Origin: a virus
IMG/VR virus record: IMGVR_UViG_3300035703_000025
Span: 32,001 to 96,000 of that record
Reading direction: 5' to 3' (one strand)
Length of the DNA: 64,000 bases
The notes beneath the pieces were generated by a model. The model searched no databases, had not been told where the DNA came from, and saw only the letters and a program-made list of their open reading frames with translations. This document shows positions 7,498 to 15,804 of the stretch, in pieces. The translations under genes and the position numbers were made by a program. Every line of letters starts with the position of its first letter. The stretch's first letter is position 1.

Positions 7498-8328
7498 TTA
7501 TCCAATGGTTATTCCATAACCCGAAAGTTCCTCTTCCGATGGAGGCTCCATACCCAACACAATAAAAGCGGCAACTAATATTGCAAGTGTTGGCGCTGTT
7601 ATTGGTGTGCTCGTGCCGCCGCTCGCAATAGTTATTCCAAGCGCAGCAATCATTGCTATCACCAAAGCGGGACGCAAATCAATTTGGGTCAATCCGCGAG
7701 ACAAAACACCGTAAGCAGACGCTAAAACAGCTGAAAAAGATTCAAAATTGGCCATAATCGTATTAATCAATTCACCAACCTCTTCTTCGGTCATTTGAGC
7801 TACTGTTCTGCAAAAAGCAGAAATGTTGTTTGGTCCGCCAACCAAAAGATCGCGTAAAAAATTCTTAAAGTTTTGACTTCCAAAAACAGCACTGTTCATA
7901 CCGTAGAAAGTTTCGCCAAGAAGAAAGCCTAGCCTGCCAACAATTTGGCTAACCAGTATTTGAACTAGCGCTGGATTTGCCAAAAATTGAGACATCACCC
8001 CAATATCACGGAGTGTTTTTATTATTGTTTCTAGAAAAGAACACAGCATACTAAAAAAATCTTTCCAGTTTGATACTGAACTAGATCTTATTGTTGCTAT
8101 TGCGAGTTCACCAAGCTTAGTAACGATCATTCCAACGACAATAGCGGAGCTTATCACGCCGCCACCTGCAGTAAAACAAGATCGAACACTAGAAACCAGA
8201 TCTTCTATTGTTTTTGCAATTGATATTTCTGGACATGATTCAATATCAGTTTTTTTAGGCTGGTCGTCTAGACCTAAAACCTCTACCTGTTTATTAATAG
8301 CAGCCACAAACAAACGGTACGCGTCCAT
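7498..8328 (-). CDS. helical protein with C-terminal hydrophobic hairpin, paralog of 6469..7494
   Basis: Leader RLFVAAINKQVEV; ALVIAMIAALGITIASGGTSTPITAPTLAILVAAFIVLG. Confidence 0.7.
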   Translation of the reverse strand: MDAYRLFVAAINKQVEVLGLDDQPKKTDIESCPEISIAKTIEDLVSSVRSCFTAGGGVISSAIVVGMIVTKLGELAIATIRSSSVSNWKDFFSMLCSFLETIIKTLRDIGVMSQFLANPALVQILVSQIVGRLGFLLGETFYGMNSAVFGSQNFKNFLRDLLVGGPNNISAFCRTVAQMTEEEVGELINTIMANFESFSAVLASAYGVLSRGLTQIDLRPALVIAMIAALGITIASGGTSTPITAPTLAILVAAFIVLGMEPPSEEELSGYGITIG

Positions 8329-8336
8329 GGCTTAAG

Positions 8337-8368
8337 ATACACTTTAAAATAAAAAATATTCAGTGTAT
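8337..8368. promoter_or_regulatory. divergent pair of GTGTAT promoter motifs
   Basis: Minus-strand GTGTAT 8342-8337 is 8 nt before ATG 8328; plus-strand GTGTAT 8363-8368 is 10 nt before ATG 8379. Confidence 0.7.
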
Positions 8369-8378
8369 TAATACCTGT

Positions 8379-9062
8379 ATGAACCTGAAAACAGTCATAG
8401 CAAAGCATTTGGCCGTAAGTGCAGCACCACCGTCTACACCACCAAGATGTCGTGAGATAACTGCAAAGTGGGATTCAATTCGCCAAAAAATAAACCAGGC
8501 GTACGAGGCTGGCAGGCAGCAGATCGAAGGCCTTACTTACGGCACACTTGGTCAGGTTTGGGAGTTTGAAATATGGAATACGCAAAACGGAAATCCATTT
8601 CCGCCAAATATGTTTAAGTTTTCAGTTGATCAGGGTGTTTACGTTGCAACAAATCAATATCCTCCAGCTGCTGCCGCACAAAATCCACAATTGGCGGCCC
8701 CAGAGACCCAAAACGATCCAAATTTAGCAAAAAAAGAAAAGCTTCTTGCGTGCATAAAAACACTAAGAAAGTGCGCGCTTCTACGGGGATATAAAGACCC
8801 GAGATCAGGTAAATACATACGCGGAAAATTTGATCTGATGTATTCGGCAGATGTTCTTGAGGCTATAGAGCTAGCAACAAAGGGATGTGAGCCTTACGCG
8901 TCTGCTGGTGGCATGAAAAACGCAACCACGTCTCAAAAGCGAGACTTTTTTAAAGAGCAAATCCGTGGTATGGAGGCCGAGTTTAGATCTAACGTTAATG
9001 ATACGCCGGCGTGTAAACCGTGCACGCCACAAACAGCTCCAGCAGGAGTAAATCCACAATGA
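8379..9062 (+). CDS. Cys-containing leader-bearing hypothetical protein
   Basis: MNLKTVIAKHLAVSAA leader, Pro linker, then CREITAKWD, similar to the next gene. Confidence 0.7.
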   Translation: MNLKTVIAKHLAVSAAPPSTPPRCREITAKWDSIRQKINQAYEAGRQQIEGLTYGTLGQVWEFEIWNTQNGNPFPPNMFKFSVDQGVYVATNQYPPAAAAQNPQLAAPETQNDPNLAKKEKLLACIKTLRKCALLRGYKDPRSGKYIRGKFDLMYSADVLEAIELATKGCEPYASAGGMKNATTSQKRDFFKEQIRGMEAEFRSNVNDTPACKPCTPQTAPAGVNPQ

Positions 9063-9688
9063 ATGACTCAATTTCAAAATTAATTTACGTTTTGGGTGCA
9101 GCTCCCACAGAGTGTCAAACAATAAGATCAAAATACGACAAAAAAATCAGCAGCGCAAACAGTTGCAAAAGTGATGGTACACGAGCTGCTGATCGTATAA
9201 CTTGGATAGATAACACTCATCCAGAAAGCGGAATGACGCCATTTAGCTGGAAATGGGAAAGCTGTGCTCCAGAAGGAGAGACGTCTTTCTTGCCAGAAGG
9301 CGAAAAGCATAAGCTTGGGCAAGCAGGTTCGGTTGGTCCAGACCAAGACGGTGGATCAATGAGACCAGGACGTGGAAGAAGCGCGGTTATGCCAACAGTT
9401 TTGACCCCTAACTCTATGGAGCCTGGAGACAAAGCGCCAACTAATAGAGACAGGCTAGACGCTAAAAAGAACGAAGAGAAATGTAAGATTCTAGCAAAAC
9501 ATAACGAAATACTGTATTCTCTTGAGGTGGAGCGAGAGACAGAGCTTTACAATGCTCAGTGCAGCCCATACGGAGCAACAGTTACAGACAGAAAAAAGAA
9601 ATTTGATAAAAAGAAAGAAGACATAAGAAATAGCTATTTAGAAAAAGCCGCAAGAATAGCGAGAAATAAACCGTGCAAGAAAAAATAA
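9059..9688 (+). CDS. Cys-containing leader-bearing hypothetical protein
   Basis: Start reassigned to ATG 9059 (ATGA overlap, AGGAG SD); MNDSISKLIYVLGAA leader; CQTIRSKYD. Confidence 0.7.
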   Translation: MNDSISKLIYVLGAAPTECQTIRSKYDKKISSANSCKSDGTRAADRITWIDNTHPESGMTPFSWKWESCAPEGETSFLPEGEKHKLGQAGSVGPDQDGGSMRPGRGRSAVMPTVLTPNSMEPGDKAPTNRDRLDAKKNEEKCKILAKHNEILYSLEVERETELYNAQCSPYGATVTDRKKKFDKKKEDIRNSYLEKAARIARNKPCKKK

Positions 9689-10116
9689 TTGCCGCAATAA
9701 AAAAACTATCTCTTGCTGTTGATCAGCAAAACGCTGTGCCGTGCTCGTATTTAAAAATAAGTCCTTCAAGGCGTGCTCTTCCGTGCAAATGGAAACCAAC
9801 CGATATTTCTAAAATAGCGTCAGATATAGCCATCAAGGCGAAGACTCAGCAGCTTTCTTCCGAGTGCGTCGAACAAATAATTCGATCTTTTTCCGATCTA
9901 TTCAACCAAAAGTGTGGAAATCCAGGAAAAGGAATGTATTCAGGAGTTTATAAAGCTTTTCGCATGGAGCTAATTAGACGCGGTATAATTAAATTAAACA
10001 CAAAAACAACTAAGCCATCAATAAAGCCAACCGTTGTGAAACCAGGAGTTATTATTCCAGACAGACCAAACATTGAAATGATGATTGAGTACCCAAATCT
10101 TGATCCATTTAGATAA
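9673..10116 (+). CDS. leader-bearing hypothetical protein
   Basis: MQEKIIAAIKKLSLAV leader; 4 Cys; Pro-rich tail. Confidence 0.65.
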   Translation: MQEKIIAAIKKLSLAVDQQNAVPCSYLKISPSRRALPCKWKPTDISKIASDIAIKAKTQQLSSECVEQIIRSFSDLFNQKCGNPGKGMYSGVYKAFRMELIRRGIIKLNTKTTKPSIKPTVVKPGVIIPDRPNIEMMIEYPNLDPFR

Positions 10117-10119
10117 TTA

Positions 10120-10125
10120 GTGTAT
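10120..10125 (+). promoter_or_regulatory. GTGTAT late promoter motif
   Basis: Followed by AAGGA SD and ATG 10145. Confidence 0.65.
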
Positions 10126-10144
10126 AAAAAAATAAGGAACGACT

Positions 10145-10456
10145 ATGTCACTAGAAAAAGCAATACAAAAACTCACAAGCGCAATTACTGCCGCAAAAAT
10201 GCCATCTGTGATTTCTCCACAGCCATCAATGATTCCTGGTATGAGAAGACTAGGTGATTGCCCAATTGACCGTTTTGGTCAGCTTGATTGGAAAAAATTA
10301 CCTAAGGGCGCTTGCTGCTACACATCTACAAGTCAGGGCTGTGCAGTAACTTGTGGCGGGCAGGGTCCGGGCTTTAGAATAGTAAGCGAAGGCCCATGCC
10401 CACAAGACGGTGTTTTCACTGGTGATGATCTTGCTGGTATGCAACAGGCTGGTTGA
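10145..10456 (+). CDS. small Cys-rich leader-bearing protein
   Basis: MSLEKAIQKLTSAITAA leader; 6 Cys including GACC. Confidence 0.7.
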   Translation: MSLEKAIQKLTSAITAAKMPSVISPQPSMIPGMRRLGDCPIDRFGQLDWKKLPKGACCYTSTSQGCAVTCGGQGPGFRIVSEGPCPQDGVFTGDDLAGMQQAG

Positions 10457-10502
10457 ACAGTAAAAGATTTTAAAACCCGCCAGTGATGGCAGGTTATTAT
10501 TT

Positions 10503-10508
10503 GTGTAT
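10503..10508 (+). promoter_or_regulatory. GTGTAT late promoter motif
   Basis: 11 nt before ATG 10520. Confidence 0.65.
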
Positions 10509-10519
10509 CAATAGTTGAT

Positions 10520-11368
10520 ATGTTTAATTCTATCTCTAAACTTAGATTTATATTCGGCATTGAGGCCCCAACCCCAACAGTTTTAAACGTTAATCCAATA
10601 AGTGAGCCTAGCACTGGGAAAAAACCATCGGCAGCTCCTCCATGTTTCAAGTTAAGCCCATACTGGAAAAGCGTTCTTGCGTTTTGGGAGGGATATAGAC
10701 CATATCGCTATAGAGATAGTGAAGGATACTGGACTGTAGGAATTGGTACGCTAATTGATACAGACAGAGTTTCCCTAAGCAGAATTCAAAATAGACTCGG
10801 ACAACACTTTGCTAGTGTAATGGATGGAATAGAATCTGATCCAGATCCAGTAGCTGGCACGCCAGGATCAAGAAATGGCAATAGTCCAATGCCTGGCACA
10901 CAACAGTCGCCAGTCTCTGTTGATCTTGCATGGCAGTGGGCAGAAAGCGATGTTCAAAAAGCCTTTACTGCAGCTTTCAATTTTATTGGCCCAGAAAGCT
11001 GGGCTAGACTACCGTATCCAGTTCAGTGTGTTTTAGTAAGTTTAAGCTATCAAGCAAATATAACTGGATTTATTAAGTTAAAAAAAGCACTAACTAAAAA
11101 TCCACCCGATTATAATGAAGCAGCAAACCAGATGATGAGATCAACTTGGTATAATCAAACTCAAAGCGACAGAAAAGAACCAATGATTGCGATAATGAGA
11201 TCGGGCGGTTCGTATATACCAACAAAAATTGGTAAATTTACGCCATCAAATCCAGAAACAGCAAGAACAAACCCATGTGGTGTAAGTAACCCAGCCACAA
11301 ATCCACCACAATCACCAACTACAAAACCACCACATCCTTGGTCGCCAGGATATCATTGGTGGGAATAA
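10520..11368 (+). CDS. GH24/T4-type lysozyme with N-terminal leader and Pro-rich flanks
   Basis: WEGYRPYRYRDSEGYWTVGIG (E-8x-D-5x-T triad) and AANQMMRSTWYNQT; leader MFNSISKLRFIFGIEA. Confidence 0.88.
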   Translation: MFNSISKLRFIFGIEAPTPTVLNVNPISEPSTGKKPSAAPPCFKLSPYWKSVLAFWEGYRPYRYRDSEGYWTVGIGTLIDTDRVSLSRIQNRLGQHFASVMDGIESDPDPVAGTPGSRNGNSPMPGTQQSPVSVDLAWQWAESDVQKAFTAAFNFIGPESWARLPYPVQCVLVSLSYQANITGFIKLKKALTKNPPDYNEAANQMMRSTWYNQTQSDRKEPMIAIMRSGGSYIPTKIGKFTPSNPETARTNPCGVSNPATNPPQSPTTKPPHPWSPGYHWWE

Positions 11369-11429
11369 AGTTTATTTTCACACCTTTTTTGTTGATAGGC
11401 ATGTATTTTTATATGCGCTGCATTAAAAT

Positions 11430-11804
11430 TTAAATAGTCGGAAAGCTTCTTCTTGATCCAGATCTTAACTTGAGATTTGATCCAGACCTAGATAGGCTGT
11501 TTGTTGTTATTCTTTTTTGTTTTGCGTCAGTCGCTAAATAAGCACTTACATTGAATGATTCAGTTTCCAAAATGCTTACAACCCCGCCCTTACTTGTTGT
11601 GTAAGTCGCAAAAATATAGCTTCCACCAGAAGAGGATACGCTTAATACTACAGTCCATGAGCTTAAAAGTAAATCTGGATTTGTCTGTTGTGTTAAAACA
11701 TCCAAAGCACCTGTTCTTATGTACGCCCCCGTGCCTAGCCCACTAAAGCCAGAGGCTGTTAGTGTTACTGTGTTTGACGTTCTGTTTGATAAAGTAATAG
11801 GCAT
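11430..11804 (-). CDS. beta-rich hypothetical protein with basic C-terminal motif
   Basis: Ser/Thr-rich beta-strand pattern; C-terminus resembles that of 11806..12264. Confidence 0.65.
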   Translation of the reverse strand: MPITLSNRTSNTVTLTASGFSGLGTGAYIRTGALDVLTQQTNPDLLLSSWTVVLSVSSSGGSYIFATYTTSKGGVVSILETESFNVSAYLATDAKQKRITTNSLSRSGSNLKLRSGSRRSFPTI

Positions 11805-11805
11805 T

Positions 11806-12264
11806 TTAGAACTTTGGAATGCTGTTTCTTGTTTTAGCTTGAGATTTTAATGAATCATTTGCTGAGACTCTAGTTTTCTTTTTTCCAAATCCGTAAAACT
11901 TTGGAAAAGAAACAGTAGAAGACATGTAAATTTCACCTATTTCAACAGTATTAGTTACAACAACATAGTACTGTCCAGACTCTGATGATCCATGCAGATG
12001 AGTGTAAGTCCAGGCCTTATTTTTCAAAAATGAATTAGTTTCGCCACCACCACCAACACCACCTTGATAACTTAATATCTGCGTAAAAGAAGGAGATCCA
12101 AATTGTTTATAAAAAAGAGCATAAGAAAGCGTTCCTTCGCCATCACAACAAATAGAGTCTCCTAAATAGCACTCAATAGTGCTAGATGCCTCATTTCTTG
12201 AAACCCTGTACAAAAGAATTTCTGTAGAACCAGGACCCACTTCACCTGGTGGTTTATCTGCCAT
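11806..12264 (-). CDS. Ig-like beta-sandwich protein, putative virion decoration
   Basis: ESGQYYVVVTN resembles the Ig F-strand D/E-x-G-x-Y motif; basic C-terminal tail. Confidence 0.55.
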   Translation of the reverse strand: MADKPPGEVGPGSTEILLYRVSRNEASSTIECYLGDSICCDGEGTLSYALFYKQFGSPSFTQILSYQGGVGGGGETNSFLKNKAWTYTHLHGSSESGQYYVVVTNTVEIGEIYMSSTVSFPKFYGFGKKKTRVSANDSLKSQAKTRNSIPKF

Positions 12265-12265
12265 T

Positions 12266-12469
12266 TTATGCCCCCGCTTGTTGTATTGGTCTTAGCTCTA
12301 CTCGTCCACGACCACACATTTTAACAAGACCCATTCGTCTTCTCATCTCCCTTACCGACTTAAGAGTTCTTCCAAGGGTTGAAGCTATTTCACAGTCTCT
12401 CATTTTTCCAGCCTCAAGCTTTAAAAAATTCTTGTGTTCCGCACTCCATCTTTCTTTTTTGTCCTGCAT
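12266..12469 (-). CDS. small HTH DNA-binding protein
   Basis: WSAEHKNFLK..EIASTLGRTLKSVREMRRRMGL, a Myb/HTH-like pattern. Confidence 0.75.
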   Translation of the reverse strand: MQDKKERWSAEHKNFLKLEAGKMRDCEIASTLGRTLKSVREMRRRMGLVKMCGRGRVELRPIQQAGA

Positions 12470-12487
12470 AATATTCTCCTGTAATTA

Positions 12488-12509
12488 ATACACCTTTCTA
12501 GTCTATAAT
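12488..12509. promoter_or_regulatory. divergent promoters: GTGTAT (minus) and TATAAT (plus)
   Basis: GTGTAT 12493-12488 precedes the HTH gene (AGGAG SD); TATAAT 12504-12509 is 5 nt before GTG 12515. Confidence 0.65.
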
Positions 12510-12514
12510 AGAAC

Positions 12515-13111
12515 GTGAAAAGACCTCAGAAAGACGCAGTCGCAATCTTTTTGAAAAAAATCTCAAAAACATCTGGGGCGAAAATCTCAAGAGACGAAGT
12601 ATTATCATTGGTTGAAAAAATAGCCCAAACCCACATGGGTAAAACATTTGCTTACATGACAGTAGAAGACATAGCCTCACAGGCTCGTCTTATTTGCATG
12701 CAGCAGCTAAAGTTTTACGAACCAGAAAAAGGTATTGGTTGGGACGATATAAATTCGCTTGAGCGTTGGCTTAACAGGGTTGTTAAGAATAGACTTAAAA
12801 ACTTTTATAGAGATCATTGCGGCAGCTTAAATGAACAACACAAAAAAGCTAGAGTTTCACTTAGCGCAAAAGCAAGAAACTCAAAAGACGACGCTGTTTT
12901 ATACGAGCCTGCGACTGGAAAAAACGAAACAGAAAACTCAGTTGTTTTTGGGGAACTGAAAGACTTTGTTGAGGCTAGGCTATCTGAGGAGGGGCTTGAA
13001 ATATACAGAGCCTGTCTTTCCGAAGAGCCAGTAAATTCATACTATAAAAACAAGCTTCGTTTAGAAATAACACAAATAATGGGGGAGTGGCGAGATGGCA
13101 AAACGAATTGA
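12515..13111 (+). CDS. phage RNA polymerase sigma factor (sigma70-family region 2-like)
   Basis: VEDIASQARLICMQQLKFYEPEKG..LERWLNRVVKNRLKNFYRD matches the region 2.2-2.4 pattern; lies upstream of packaging genes. Confidence 0.7.
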   Translation: MKRPQKDAVAIFLKKISKTSGAKISRDEVLSLVEKIAQTHMGKTFAYMTVEDIASQARLICMQQLKFYEPEKGIGWDDINSLERWLNRVVKNRLKNFYRDHCGSLNEQHKKARVSLSAKARNSKDDAVLYEPATGKNETENSVVFGELKDFVEARLSEEGLEIYRACLSEEPVNSYYKNKLRLEITQIMGEWRDGKTN

Positions 13112-13937
13112 CGAAGCTGACAAGATATACATAGAAAATAATTGCAAATACAAAACAGACGCTGACATAGCAAAACATATCGGTTGTTCAATTAAAACTG
13201 TAGAGCGATACAGAAAAAGTATTGGCATGATGAAAAACACAACCAAAGACCCGGTTGTGATGATTGAACAAAGAAAAGACTATCAAAACAGAGATATATT
13301 TGATTTTCACGTTCGCTCATTTGAGACAAGCCCAAGAGGGGCGAGAATAAAAAAACAATTACCAGAAGAAGACTGGATCTTGTTCTCCGAGGAGTGGGCA
13401 AACTATAAAATTCAGCTTGAAGATTTAACGCACACGGAGCAAAATACTGTCGAGCAGCTAATTTTTTTAAAGCTAAGAATAGACAAAAACCAAAAAGACT
13501 ATTATGACGCCATGAGAATACGTGACTCTCTTATGGCAAACAATGACATTGTTGATGTCAAGGATTTAGATCTGTCAGACCCAAAACAGGCTGAGCTATA
13601 TCAAAAAATATTCAATGCTTCTATGCGGGCAACAGATTTAAATAAAGAGTACAAAGATTTATTAGAAAAATCTACAAAGCTGAACGAAACACTCAATGCG
13701 ACCAGACGCCAAAGAGAAGAAAAAGGAAAAGTTGGTGGGGACACCTTCTTCTCCCTTTGTAAAAAGTTTGAATCTATGCAGACAAGGGAGAAAGAGGGTC
13801 GCATGGCAGAACTACTTCGGCTTTCTATGGAAAAGAAACAAGACAGCATGCGTAACGCCATAGAATATATGGACGGGGAACTAGCTCCGCAATTACTAGA
13901 TTCGGAAACAGTAAAGAAAACAAGAGAACAACAATGA
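13095..13937 (+). CDS. HTH plus coiled-coil protein, candidate terminase small subunit
   Basis: DADIAKHIGCSIKTVERYR HTH, long helical body, upstream of TerL. The TerS role is positional inference. Confidence 0.5.
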   Translation: MAKRIDEADKIYIENNCKYKTDADIAKHIGCSIKTVERYRKSIGMMKNTTKDPVVMIEQRKDYQNRDIFDFHVRSFETSPRGARIKKQLPEEDWILFSEEWANYKIQLEDLTHTEQNTVEQLIFLKLRIDKNQKDYYDAMRIRDSLMANNDIVDVKDLDLSDPKQAELYQKIFNASMRATDLNKEYKDLLEKSTKLNETLNATRRQREEKGKVGGDTFFSLCKKFESMQTREKEGRMAELLRLSMEKKQDSMRNAIEYMDGELAPQLLDSETVKKTREQQ

Positions 13938-14956
13938 AAACAGCAATAGTAACAGGTTGCCCAGGTCAAGACGCCTCATATTTGACAGAGCTTTTGCTAA
14001 GCAAAGGATACAAAGTATACGGAATATACAGAAGAAGCTCAACAGAAAAAAACGCCTCTAATATGTTTGAGGCAGAAAAAAACCCAAACTTTCATCAAAT
14101 AAACCTTGATATAACAGATGCCTCTGGTATATTTAGCATTATATCCCACATAAGACCAGATGAGTATTACAACCTCGCAGCAATGTCTCACGTTGGCCAA
14201 AGCTTTAAAGAACCAATATCTTGTGCATACGTTAATGGGACTGCTGTAACAATAGTTTTAGAAGCAATAGCAAAGCACTCGCCACACACAAGATTTTACC
14301 AAGCATCTACATCTGAGATGTTTGGTGGCGTAACTGAAAATCAATCCGAAAACACGCCTTTCGTTCCACGCAGCCCTTATTCGGCAGCAAAAATGTACGC
14401 ACACAACATGGTTGATATTTACCGAAAGTCTTACGGCATTTATGCGTGCTGCGGAATACTATTCAATCATGAAAGCCCAAGAAGAGGCTTTGATTTTGTT
14501 ACTAGAAAGATAACAAACGGCATAGCTAGATATAAACTTGGCCTTTCTGGTCCAATTGAGCTTGGAAATCTTGCCGCCAAAAGAGACTGGGGTCATGCGA
14601 AAGATTATGTTAAGGCGATGTGGATGATGCTTCAGGCGCAAACGCCAAGCGATTATGTTGTTGCGACTGGAGAAACTATATCAATTAAAGACGCACTTCA
14701 TTATGTCTGTGGATTAGCAGATGTTAATCCAGAAGATGCTTGCAAAATAAACCCATCATTTAATCGTCCATTAGAGGTAAACGTTCTTTGTGGCGATCCA
14801 TCAAAGATTAAAAGAGAGCTTGGTTGGCAACCAGAGTACACATGGAGAGACTTGCTTTACGAGATGTACAAGCACGATTACAGTATTAATTATGCCCAAA
14901 GTGTATTAAATAACGGTGGCAAAGAAAAGGCTGAGGAAACCCAAGTTCAGGCGTAG
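13934..14956 (+). CDS. gmd: GDP-mannose 4,6-dehydratase
   Basis: AIVTGCPGQDASYL, YNLAAMSHV, FYQASTSEMFG, PRSPYSAAK, GILFNHESPRRG..FVTRKIT, RDWGHAKDYV. Confidence 0.95.
   Translation: MKTAIVTGCPGQDASYLTELLLSKGYKVYGIYRRSSTEKNASNMFEAEKNPNFHQINLDITDASGIFSIISHIRPDEYYNLAAMSHVGQSFKEPISCAYVNGTAVTIVLEAIAKHSPHTRFYQASTSEMFGGVTENQSENTPFVPRSPYSAAKMYAHNMVDIYRKSYGIYACCGILFNHESPRRGFDFVTRKITNGIARYKLGLSGPIELGNLAAKRDWGHAKDYVKAMWMMLQAQTPSDYVVATGETISIKDALHYVCGLADVNPEDACKINPSFNRPLEVNVLCGDPSKIKRELGWQPEYTWRDLLYEMYKHDYSINYAQSVLNNGGKEKAEETQVQA
14901..14906 (+). promoter_or_regulatory. GTGTAT late promoter motif (inside the gmd 3' end)
   Basis: 9 nt before GTG 14916. Confidence 0.6.
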
Positions 14957-15314
14957 AGACGGTAGATACTCACCAGAGTATTGGCGTTTCAGAAAAGAGG
15001 TTCTAAAAAGAGATGAGTTTTCATGCCAATTTCCAGGATGTTGCGAAAAAAGAGGACTTGAGGTACATCATATAAAAAAATATGCAAGCTCGGCAAGGCT
15101 AAGAACAGAGAAATTCAATGGAATAACTCTTTGCAAAAAACATCACGAGCTAGTAACAGGAAAAGAAGAGCAGTTTGAATCGGAGTTTTTCAAAATTATT
15201 TGTCAAAAAAACACCGAAGAAATACAGAGGATAAATGAACTCAGGAAACAAGGGTTCCCTAAAGAAGGCCAAAAAAACAGTAGAGAGCGCTATATACGCA
15301 AGCGTTATCATTGA
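14916..15314 (+). CDS. HNH endonuclease (packaging-associated type)
   Basis: RKEVLKRDEFSCQFPGC..LEVHHI..NGITLCKKHH. Confidence 0.9.
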   Translation: MAKKRLRKPKFRRRDGRYSPEYWRFRKEVLKRDEFSCQFPGCCEKRGLEVHHIKKYASSARLRTEKFNGITLCKKHHELVTGKEEQFESEFFKIICQKNTEEIQRINELRKQGFPKEGQKNSRERYIRKRYH

Positions 15315-15804
15315 CAACCAAGAAAAAAAGCCGTGGGACTTTTCAGAAAAGCTACCATCTAAATTTTTTGTAAAAAATGTTTTGGTTAAAAATCTAGAGT
15401 ACGGTGATTATACGCTAGAGGGCTATGATATGCCCGAGTTTAAAAACAGTATAATTATTGAACGAAAAGCGTCTGTTGAGGAGCTTCTGGGAAATATAGG
15501 AAAAAACTGGGAGCGATTTCAAAGAGAACTAGATGGACTACAAAAGTATGCAAAGCCACTCATAATAGTTGAAGACGATCTGCATGACGCTTACGCAAAG
15601 TACATGGGAAGAAATCCTAAAAAAGGAATGTATTTTACGCTGCCTCCAGATTTTGTTCTTTCAAGAGTTTCAGAGATTGATCATAAGTGGGGAATCAAAA
15701 CGCTTTTTCTAAGCAATAAATATTTTGCAAGAAGATACGCGTGCAATATTTTTAGATCAATTCTAGGAGAGGTTAAAAATGACACTGAGCCAAGAGTATC
15801 TTGA
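15235..15804 (+). CDS. ERCC4/XPF-family nuclease
   Basis: IIDNQEKKPW, LEYGDY, IIIERKAS..L, RFQREL motifs. Confidence 0.85.
   Translation: MNSGNKGSLKKAKKTVESAIYASVIIDNQEKKPWDFSEKLPSKFFVKNVLVKNLEYGDYTLEGYDMPEFKNSIIIERKASVEELLGNIGKNWERFQRELDGLQKYAKPLIIVEDDLHDAYAKYMGRNPKKGMYFTLPPDFVLSRVSEIDHKWGIKTLFLSNKYFARRYACNIFRSILGEVKNDTEPRVS

Noticed and set aside
8379-10456. RiPP precursor cluster (leader plus Cys-rich core)
   Set aside because: No modifying enzymes or transporter nearby, and the same leader is fused to a lysozyme.
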